The position numbers were made by a program, and so were the translations under genes. The notes below the pieces were generated by a model, which saw only the letters and a program-made list of their open reading frames with translations, was not told the origin of the DNA and ran no database searches. DNA of 64,000 bases from an uncultured Planctomycetota bacterium (lineage in GTDB: Bacteria; Planctomycetota; Planctomycetia; Isosphaerales; Isosphaeraceae). Of the stretch, positions 11,818 through 19,626 are shown piece after piece (the stretch's first letter is position 1; each line of letters starts with the position of its first letter). The stretch spans positions 1,472,001-1,536,000 of the forward strand of contig CAWGMQ010000006.1 of the NCBI GenBank assembly GCA_963823665.1. The letters run 5' to 3'.

Positions 11818-11864
11818 TATTGGTGAGATGCGCTGCTCAAGGCGGGCGGTGCACCCAAGTCACG

Positions 11865-11909
11865 AAGGCCCTATCGCTCGGGAACCCGGGGATAGGGCTT
11901 TTTTGTTTT
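11865..11909 (+). terminator. Intrinsic terminator upstream of gene 11945
   Basis: Stem AAGGCCCTATC / GATAGGGCTTT followed by a T tract (TTTGTTTT). Confidence 0.75.
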
Positions 11910-11944
11910 CCTAGCAGGCACGTCCGTGCTGATCGAAACCGCCG

Positions 11945-13390
11945 ATGTCGGCTCTCGAAACCATCGTTCGCCGGTGGTCCGCAATCTCGCGATCGCTCTC
12001 GCAGTTCACCCCCGCCCTGCCTCCCCACGCCCGGCGCCGGCTGAGGCTCCGGCTGGAACGCCTTGAAGACCGCACGGTGCTTTCCAGCTTCAACCTGCCG
12101 GTGACATCGCTGGCCGATACCGGGCCGGGCACGCTACGCTCCGCAATCACCGAAGCCGACGCTGGCTCCGCTGCGCAAACGTACAACATCAAGTTCAAGG
12201 TGTCCGGTACGATCGCGCTGGAAAGTGCCTTGCCGGACCTGAGCGAGAGCATGAACTTGAGCGGTCCCGGCGCGAGCCGACTGACCGTGCAGCGCGATCC
12301 CAGAGCCTCCTCCTTTTTCGGCATCTTCGTGGTGGACCCAGGCGTGGCCGTCAAGATTTCTGGTATGACGATCGCCCATGGATTCTCAATTTACCTTGGT
12401 TCGGGCGCCGGCATCGACAACGCTGGGACGCTATCCGTCAGCCACACCACCATCTCCGACAACAGTAGCGACGGCGGCATCGACAACATCGGGACCCTCG
12501 CGGTCAGCCACAGCACCATCGCCGAGAACGCGGCCGAAGACGGCGGCGGCATCCACAACACCGGTTCGCTCACCGTCAGCTTCACGACCATCTCCCACAA
12601 CTACGCCGTCGGCGGCGGCTACGTCGCCGGCTATGGCGGCGGCATCGACAACACCGGGATGCTCACCGTCAAGCACTCGACCATCTTCGCCAATAACATT
12701 CCCGTCGAGATCAACGGACCACCGGTGCCGATCTATCCCGAGGGTGGCGGCGTCTACAACGGCACCACTGGGACGGTCAGCTTGAGCCGCACGACCATCT
12801 CCGGCAACTCGGCCGCATACTCGGGCGGCGGCATCGGCAACACGGGAACGCTCACCTTGAGCCACACGACGATCTCCGGCAACTCGGCCTTCTACTCCGG
12901 CGACGGCATCAATAACACCGGTACGCTCACCGTCAGCAACACCACGATCTCGCGCAACACCGGCGGCAGCGGCAACGTCGGCGGCGGCATCAACAACTCC
13001 GGGCCGCTCACCGTCAGCCACACCATCATCTCGGGCAACACCGGCGGCATCGGCAGCTTGGGCGCCGGCATCAACAACACCGGGCCGCTCACCATCAGCC
13101 TCAGCACGATCTCGGGCAACACTGACGCCCGCGGCAGCACCGGCGGCGGCATCAACAACACCGGGCCGCTCACCGTCAGCCGCACCACCATCTCACGCAA
13201 CTCGGCGACCACCGGCGGCGGCCTCTACAACAGCGGGGGAGCCCAGGCGGAAGTCGACTACTCGACGATCAACGACCCCGCCGGCGGAGGAATCGTGAAC
13301 AACAACGCCTCGATGCCGAATTACGGCAGCACCGTCCGCCTCAAGAAGACGGTGGTGGACGGTGTTTTCTACAAGCAATACGTTTACTGA
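11945..13390 (+). CDS. Secreted Pmp/beta-helix repeat protein with planctomycete LE.R.LL leader
   Basis: RLERLEDRTVLS, GTLRSAI, many GGGI.N.G.LTVS.TTIS.N repeats. Confidence 0.9.
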   Translation: MSALETIVRRWSAISRSLSQFTPALPPHARRRLRLRLERLEDRTVLSSFNLPVTSLADTGPGTLRSAITEADAGSAAQTYNIKFKVSGTIALESALPDLSESMNLSGPGASRLTVQRDPRASSFFGIFVVDPGVAVKISGMTIAHGFSIYLGSGAGIDNAGTLSVSHTTISDNSSDGGIDNIGTLAVSHSTIAENAAEDGGGIHNTGSLTVSFTTISHNYAVGGGYVAGYGGGIDNTGMLTVKHSTIFANNIPVEINGPPVPIYPEGGGVYNGTTGTVSLSRTTISGNSAAYSGGGIGNTGTLTLSHTTISGNSAFYSGDGINNTGTLTVSNTTISRNTGGSGNVGGGINNSGPLTVSHTIISGNTGGIGSLGAGINNTGPLTISLSTISGNTDARGSTGGGINNTGPLTVSRTTISRNSATTGGGLYNSGGAQAEVDYSTINDPAGGGIVNNNASMPNYGSTVRLKKTVVDGVFYKQYVY

Positions 13391-13432
13391 ATTTTTCTTT
13401 TCCTCCCAGGCATGTGCCGATCGGAACGCCCA

Positions 13433-15313
13433 ATGTCGACTTTCAAAACCATCGTAGGCCGGTGCTCCGCCATCTCGCGATCGCTCTTGCAGCTCGTCCC
13501 GGCCCGGCCTCGCCACTCCAGGCGGCGGCTGATGCTGGAACGTCTGGAGAGCCGAGTCGTGCCCGCCACGATCCTGGTCACGAGCTTGCTCGACGCGGGT
13601 CACGGCACGCTTCGGGCCGCGATCGAAAAGGCCAACCAGCACCCGCAGCATTCGGGCGGTCAAACGCACTCAGATACAATCAAGTTCTCGCCCTCGGTGA
13701 GGGGGACGATCGTTTTAGAGAGCCCACTGCCGGTCCTTTTGACCCATATTGTGATTTCCGGGCCCGGACCATCCTCGCTGACGGTGGCGCGTAGCGGCGC
13801 GCCGGTGACGCAGGAGTTCCGCATCTTCACCGTAGGGACAGGCGCCAGGATTGCGATGACCGGTCTGACCATCACGGGCGGAAGCGGCGCCGAAGGAGCA
13901 GGGATCAATAACGCCGGATCGCTAACACTAAAAAACATGTGGATCGTAGGCAACTCGGCCGTCGAACCCGGCTTTACCCAGGGACCCACTGTTGGGGGTG
14001 GGGTCGACAACACCGGCACGCTGTCAGTCACCGACTCCAGGTTCGACGACAACTCGGCCACCGGCACCAGCGGTGGCCTGTTCGGCGGCATGGCCTATGG
14101 GGGCGGAATCGCGAACTCCGGCAGGCTCTCGATCACCGGCGGCGCGTTCGTCAGCAATTCAGCCACGGGCGGGGAAGGCTCCCTGTTCGGCGGCGGCGGC
14201 TACGCCGATGGAGGCGGGATCGAGAACACCGGCCCTGGCCGGATGTCAGTCACCGGACACACCGAATTCATTGGCAACTCGGCCTTGGCCAGCATCGGTG
14301 GCGGCGGCGAGGCCCTGGGGGGTGCGATCGATAACTCCAGCATCCTCTCGATCACGCAGGCCACGTTCAGCTTCAACTCCGCCACCGGCGGTTCCCAAGG
14401 TTCCACGATATTCGGCGAAGCTTACGGCGGTGCGATCGAAAGCACCGGCACCGGCCCGATCAGCCGCTCCACGTTCAACGGCAACTCGGCCACGGGTGAT
14501 ACCGCCTATGGCGGCGCGATCGACTTCATCTTCGGCACGCTCTCGGTCACCGACTCCACCTTCAGCGGCAACGTGGCCAGGAGCGAGAGCGACAGTCTTG
14601 GCGACAGTTTCGGCGGCGGAATCTACAACGTGGGCACGCTGTCGGTCACGGGCTCGACATTCAGCGGCAACTTGGCCACGAACGGTTACGACGGTTACGG
14701 CGGTGGAATCGACAACGATGGCACGCTCTCGGTCACCAACTCCACGTTCAACGGCAACTCCGCGGCGGGTACTCACGGCAATTTCGGCGGCGGCATCGCC
14801 GACGGGGGCATCATGTCGCTAACCTATGTCACGGCAGACGATAATTCGGCCGCCACTGGCGGCGGCGTTGCGATCAACTTTGATTCTACAGCCGCCGGCA
14901 GCTCGATCGATAGCATCTTCCAGAATTCGCAGGGCGGAAACGTCTCTGTCGTCGCGGGCAGCTTCCGCTCCTTGGGCCACAACCTTTTTTCCGACGATCC
15001 CAACGTCAGCCTCGACCCCACCGACCTTGTCAACACCGACCCGCTTTTGAGCCCGCTCGAGAGCAACGGTGGGCTCACCCAGACTCAGGCCCTGCTTCCC
15101 GGGAGCCCCGCGATCAACAAGGGCATTTCCATTAAAGGCATCACAACCGATCAACGGGCAAGGCCCCGGCCACGCCATGGTTCCACGGACATCGGCGCGT
15201 TCCAGGTGCAACCCACTCTATTCGTTAAGAGTATCCGGGAGTTTGACTTCCCTCACCGACCCCCCGGTCTTGGTGCTGGCCCTCAACATGCTGCTCGACG
15301 TCTCTGGAGCTGA
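13433..15313 (+). CDS. Secreted beta-helix repeat protein with LE.R leader and choice-of-anchor Q-like domain; tail probably frameshifted at 15260
   Basis: Start by homology to 11945 (MSTFKTIV vs MSALETIV); GGAI repeats; NGGLTQTQALLPGSPAI..TDQR..DIGAFQ. Confidence 0.9.
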   Translation: MSTFKTIVGRCSAISRSLLQLVPARPRHSRRRLMLERLESRVVPATILVTSLLDAGHGTLRAAIEKANQHPQHSGGQTHSDTIKFSPSVRGTIVLESPLPVLLTHIVISGPGPSSLTVARSGAPVTQEFRIFTVGTGARIAMTGLTITGGSGAEGAGINNAGSLTLKNMWIVGNSAVEPGFTQGPTVGGGVDNTGTLSVTDSRFDDNSATGTSGGLFGGMAYGGGIANSGRLSITGGAFVSNSATGGEGSLFGGGGYADGGGIENTGPGRMSVTGHTEFIGNSALASIGGGGEALGGAIDNSSILSITQATFSFNSATGGSQGSTIFGEAYGGAIESTGTGPISRSTFNGNSATGDTAYGGAIDFIFGTLSVTDSTFSGNVARSESDSLGDSFGGGIYNVGTLSVTGSTFSGNLATNGYDGYGGGIDNDGTLSVTNSTFNGNSAAGTHGNFGGGIADGGIMSLTYVTADDNSAATGGGVAINFDSTAAGSSIDSIFQNSQGGNVSVVAGSFRSLGHNLFSDDPNVSLDPTDLVNTDPLLSPLESNGGLTQTQALLPGSPAINKGISIKGITTDQRARPRPRHGSTDIGAFQVQPTLFVKSIREFDFPHRPPGLGAGPQHAARRLWS

Positions 15314-15434
15314 ATTCCTTGTCTTCGCACCAATGGTGGCTGGAGCTCAGCACGAACTCGGCCCCATCGCAGCCTGGAATCTGACGACGAAGCAGGCATG
15401 CAAAACGTGAGGAGTACAAGAACTTTATGGCCAC

Positions 15435-15461
15435 TGCAACCTTTTTCGGGTTTCGGTATTA
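15435..15461 (+). promoter_or_regulatory. Putative autoregulated ECF promoter, copy 1
   Basis: TGCAACCTT-N12-GTATTA upstream of the ECF gene; same motif and spacing at 16139. Confidence 0.6.
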
Positions 15462-15521
15462 GTTACTAGCGAATGACGTGGGCGTATCGCCAGTTCCGTT
15501 CGCGGGGTTAACCGCCGGAGA

Positions 15522-16166
15522 ATGGCCAGCATGGCGGAACAAGCCGAGGACTTCGATGCTGCGGGCAGTCTGCTTGGGTCGTGGAGCAACGAAGCCGAGC
15601 TGGTTGAACGGGCGAGGACCCAGCCGGAGGCTTTCGGCCAGCTCTACGACCGCTACTACAGCGTCGTCCTCAATTACGTCTTTCGCCGTACCTTGGATGT
15701 AGCGTTGGCCGAAGAGTTAACCTCCAACACGTTCTTCAACGCCCTGCGGGCGCTGGGAGACTACGAGAACCGCGGAAAGTTCCTCGCCTGGCTCTATCGC
15801 ATCGCGGGCAACGAAATCAGGCTGAACTGGCGCGCACGGCGGAAACAGCATGAAGGCAAGGCCCGCTGGCGAGCCGAGCTGGGCCGTGTGCGATTCGCTA
15901 CCGACCGGGCGATCGCCACGGCAACGGAAGAGCTCGAAGAGCAGGCATGGCAGTTCGGCCGCCTCCATGAGGCGCTCAGTCGCTTGCCCGAGCGGTATCA
16001 GACGATCCTGGCACTGCGGTACTTCGAGTCGTTGTCGTGCGAAGAGGTCGCCCTAGTGGTCGGCACAAAGGTTGGAACCGTCAAGTCACTCATTCATCGG
16101 GGCCTCAAGCAGTTAAGGAGGCAATACGAGGGAGACCCTGCAACCTTCCAGCGGAACCTGCATTAA
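15522..16166 (+). CDS. ECF RNA polymerase sigma factor
   Basis: AFGQLYDRY, LAEELTSNTF, FLAWLYRIA, LPERYQ, GTVKSLIHRG. Confidence 0.93.
   Translation: MASMAEQAEDFDAAGSLLGSWSNEAELVERARTQPEAFGQLYDRYYSVVLNYVFRRTLDVALAEELTSNTFFNALRALGDYENRGKFLAWLYRIAGNEIRLNWRARRKQHEGKARWRAELGRVRFATDRAIATATEELEEQAWQFGRLHEALSRLPERYQTILALRYFESLSCEEVALVVGTKVGTVKSLIHRGLKQLRRQYEGDPATFQRNLH
16139..16165 (+). promoter_or_regulatory. Putative ECF promoter, copy 2, embedded in the 3' end of the sigma gene
   Basis: TGCAACCTT-N12-GCATTA, ending 25 nt before the ATG at 16190. Confidence 0.55.
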
Positions 16167-16189
16167 CCTTTGCGGATGGAGTGAGAGCT

Positions 16190-17164
16190 ATGGAGCGTAT
16201 CGATTCGACCGAACGTCTGCTCAGGGACACACCCGTGCCACTGGTCGTGGAAGGCGTGCACCGAGAGCAGCTCAAACAGCGATTGCTCGCACACGCGCAA
16301 TCCGCACAGCCCAGGAGGAAAGGGATGATCAGGTTCGTGGGCGGGTTTTCCACCTTGAAGGTAGCGGCGACGCTTGCGGCGGTGATGATTCTCATTGGTA
16401 CCGGATGGGCAGCCGAGAAGATGTACGAGAAATTCTTTACCAAACTTTCGGTGACCCTGGAACGGTCACCGACGCGAGAGTGGAAGATTCCAGATGGCAG
16501 GAACCTGACCATCAGCCAGTTTATCATCACGGGCGTTGACTCCGACGACCCGAAGGCCGTTGAAACCGCCAAACGGCACCACGAGGAGATGAAGCAACTT
16601 CTCGCCCAGAAGAAATTTGACTTCATCCAGACTTCCGAGCTCATGGGCCGAAAGGAGTATGTGTATAAGTTCACGTTCGCTGACGGCAGCCACACCAATA
16701 TGAACTTTTCCATGCCTCTGGACAATGTCGTCTCATGGGAAGACTATCAGCAGAAGCAAGAACAAAAGCAGAAAGAGGGACAGGAGCAAATCAACAAGGC
16801 GCTCGCTGCCGGCCGGTTCCGCTTGATCGACACCGACGTGATTCTCATCCACATTTGCCGAGAGGTCGGCACGAACCAAAAATATCGAATCCATCGGATC
16901 GCCCTTCCCGATCGTGAGGAGAAGGCTCTTTATCGCGGGATCGCTCTGTATGTCCCATTCGATGTCGGGGCCGAAGAAAAGACACCGACGATGCCCCAGA
17001 CAAGCTGGCAGGACCACCTGGATGCGGTCCGCGACGGGAAATGGGAACTCTTGAGCGAGGAAACGATACCCTCATACCGGTACGAGGTGATTCTCGACGA
17101 CGGCTCCAAGACCATTTTCAACTACGGCGGCGGAAAGCCGCTCGAGAAGCCGCAAGCGAAGTAG
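16190..17164 (+). CDS. Putative membrane-anchored anti-sigma factor
   Basis: Directly after the ECF gene; short cytoplasmic N-terminus (HREQLKQRLL), one TM (VAATLAAVMILIGTGWAA), soluble C-terminal domain. Confidence 0.7.
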   Translation: MERIDSTERLLRDTPVPLVVEGVHREQLKQRLLAHAQSAQPRRKGMIRFVGGFSTLKVAATLAAVMILIGTGWAAEKMYEKFFTKLSVTLERSPTREWKIPDGRNLTISQFIITGVDSDDPKAVETAKRHHEEMKQLLAQKKFDFIQTSELMGRKEYVYKFTFADGSHTNMNFSMPLDNVVSWEDYQQKQEQKQKEGQEQINKALAAGRFRLIDTDVILIHICREVGTNQKYRIHRIALPDREEKALYRGIALYVPFDVGAEEKTPTMPQTSWQDHLDAVRDGKWELLSEETIPSYRYEVILDDGSKTIFNYGGGKPLEKPQAK

Positions 17165-17262
17165 GCGCACCTCACCCTGAGCCTGACCCCGGGCCCGCGC
17201 CCCGCTTGACATCATGTTTCCCTTCGGCGAGCTTTGTTTTCTCCAACACGGGAGCATGATCC

Positions 17263-19626
17263 ATGTCCAGAGCGGCCAGACCACGCGAATTCCTCGAGCA
17301 TCGTCGGCGCTGCTTTGCCTGCTGGATATTTGTCTTCAGTCTGCTCGCGTGCCAGACCAGCACGCGGGTCGTCGCCCAGCCCGCCGTCGCCCCATCCGAC
17401 TCTTATCTCGACGTCGCCCACCGTCTCGAGCCCTGGATCTCCGCGGAAATCGGCCAGCACGGCATCCCCGCCCTGTCGATCGCACTGGTCGACGACCAGA
17501 AGATCGTCTGGGCCCGCGGCTTCGGCTTCTCTGACCCGGCGAAAAAAGTCCCAGCCACGGCGGAAACAGCCTACCGTGTCGGCTCGGTCTCCAAGCTGTT
17601 CACCGACCTGGCTGTCATGCAGTTGGTCGAGCAAGGCAAGATCGATCTGGATAAGCCGGTCTCCGACTACGTGCCGGAGTTCGCTCCCAGGAATCCCTAC
17701 AAGGTGGCCGTCACCCTGCGACAGCTCATGTCGCACCGCTCGGGCCTCGTGCGCGAGCCGCCCGCGGGCCACTACTTCGACCCGGCCCCGCCGTCGCTCG
17801 AACAGGTTGTCCGCAGCCTGGCCGGCACCACTCTTGTCTTCGAGCCCGGCACCCGCACCAAATACTCGAACGCGGGAATCACGGTCGTCGGCGCGGTCAT
17901 CGAGAAAGCCGGCAAAGAACCATTCGCCGCGCTCATTGACCGCGCTCTGTTCCGCCCGCTGGGCATGGACCATTCGAGCTTCCAGCCAGGTACGGAGCTC
18001 TCCGCGCAGATGGCACACGGGATGATGTGGACGTACGACGGCCAAACCGTGGCGACCCCAACTTTTCTGCTCGGCACCGGGCCCGCGGGCAACCTCGTAT
18101 CTTCGGTCCTCGACCTCGGCCGTTTTTTGAGCTTTCTGTTCGCCAGTGGTGCATCACCGCAAGGAAACCTGATCAAGCCCGAAACACTCCGCGCAATGAT
18201 CGAGCCCCAGCTCGCCAAACCCGGCGAGACGCCGGGCTTCGGCCTCGGCTTCGCGATCTCGAAACTGGAAAAACAGCGGCGGATTGGCCACGGCGGGGCG
18301 ATCTACGGATTTGCGACCGAGGTGCAGGCCCTGCCGGATGCCAAGCTCGGAGCCATCGTGGTCGCCACAGCCGATTGCGCCAACGGGTTCACCCAGCACG
18401 TCGCCGAAACGGCCCTGAGGATGATGCTCCAGAAGGGCGGGAACCTTCCCGCTCTCGAGTCGACAAAGCCACTCCCCGCGGGGCGGGCCGCTCAGCTCGC
18501 CGGCCGTTACAAGGAGGGCAACCACGCCTTTGAGTTGATCGAACAGAACGACAAGCTCTACATGACCGCGTGGAACGCAGCGCTGACCGTCGAGGTTCGA
18601 TCGCTCGGCGATTCACTTGTGATCGACGATCGCCTGGCCCACGGCGGCGAGCCACTGCACATCGATGCGCGAAATAAACAGCCCGATGTCAAGCCCGTCG
18701 ATTCGCCCGCTCGCTGGAGCGAGTTCATAGGCGAGTACGGCTGGGACCACGACGTCCTCTACATCCTGGAAAAGGACGGCAAGCTTCACGCGCTCATCGA
18801 GTGGTTCTTCGATTACCCGCTCGAGGAAGATGCGCCCGACCAGTTCCGCTTTCCAGACTTTGGCCTTTACGCAAGCGAGAAGATCATCTTTCACCGCGAC
18901 AGCCGCGGTAAGGTCAAGGACGCTGACGCGGCCAGCGTGGTCTTCGCGCGGCGCCGCCTGGACGGCGAGGACGGCAAGACCTTTCGGATCAGTCCGGTGC
19001 GGTCGCTCGAGGCGATACGGGCCGAGGCTGTTCGAGCGCAGCCACCCGAGGAATCTGGCTCTTTCAACAAGCCCGATCTGGTCGAGCTGACGGCGCTGGA
19101 TCCTGCAATCAAGCTGGATATCCGCTACGCCGGCGATAACAACTTTCTGAGCGCACCGGTGTACACCACGGCCAGGGCCTTCATGCAGCGCGGTGCGGCC
19201 GGAGCCCTCGTGCGTGCGCACCGCTCGCTCGGCAGGCAAGGTTACGGCCTCCTGATCCACGATGCCTATCGGCCCTGGAGCGTGACAAAGATCTTCTGGG
19301 ACGCCGTTCCCGAGTCAGGCCGGATCTTCGTCGCCGATCCGTCCAAAGGGTCGAAACACAACCGCGGCTCCGCGGTTGACTTGACGCTCTATGAGCTTGC
19401 GACCGGCAAGCCCGTGAAGATGGTCGGCGGCTACGACGAGTTCTCGCCGCGCTCGTTTCCGTACTATCCCGGAGGAACCTCGCTCGAGCGCTGGCACCGC
19501 CGGCTGTTGAAGATCGCCATGGAAGCCGAGGGGTTCACGGTTTTTGAGTTTGAGTGGTGGCACTTCGACCATCGCGATTGGGCGAAGTACCCGATCCTGA
19601 ATGTGCCGTTCGAGCTGATTCGCTGA
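17263..19626 (+). CDS. Serine hydrolase (class C beta-lactamase-like) fused to a VanX-type D-Ala-D-Ala dipeptidase (M15D)
   Basis: Signal peptide; SVSK, YSN, HGG; C-terminal DAYRP, SKHNRGSAVDL, EWWHFD. Confidence 0.92.
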   Translation: MSRAARPREFLEHRRRCFACWIFVFSLLACQTSTRVVAQPAVAPSDSYLDVAHRLEPWISAEIGQHGIPALSIALVDDQKIVWARGFGFSDPAKKVPATAETAYRVGSVSKLFTDLAVMQLVEQGKIDLDKPVSDYVPEFAPRNPYKVAVTLRQLMSHRSGLVREPPAGHYFDPAPPSLEQVVRSLAGTTLVFEPGTRTKYSNAGITVVGAVIEKAGKEPFAALIDRALFRPLGMDHSSFQPGTELSAQMAHGMMWTYDGQTVATPTFLLGTGPAGNLVSSVLDLGRFLSFLFASGASPQGNLIKPETLRAMIEPQLAKPGETPGFGLGFAISKLEKQRRIGHGGAIYGFATEVQALPDAKLGAIVVATADCANGFTQHVAETALRMMLQKGGNLPALESTKPLPAGRAAQLAGRYKEGNHAFELIEQNDKLYMTAWNAALTVEVRSLGDSLVIDDRLAHGGEPLHIDARNKQPDVKPVDSPARWSEFIGEYGWDHDVLYILEKDGKLHALIEWFFDYPLEEDAPDQFRFPDFGLYASEKIIFHRDSRGKVKDADAASVVFARRRLDGEDGKTFRISPVRSLEAIRAEAVRAQPPEESGSFNKPDLVELTALDPAIKLDIRYAGDNNFLSAPVYTTARAFMQRGAAGALVRAHRSLGRQGYGLLIHDAYRPWSVTKIFWDAVPESGRIFVADPSKGSKHNRGSAVDLTLYELATGKPVKMVGGYDEFSPRSFPYYPGGTSLERWHRRLLKIAMEAEGFTVFEFEWWHFDHRDWAKYPILNVPFELIR

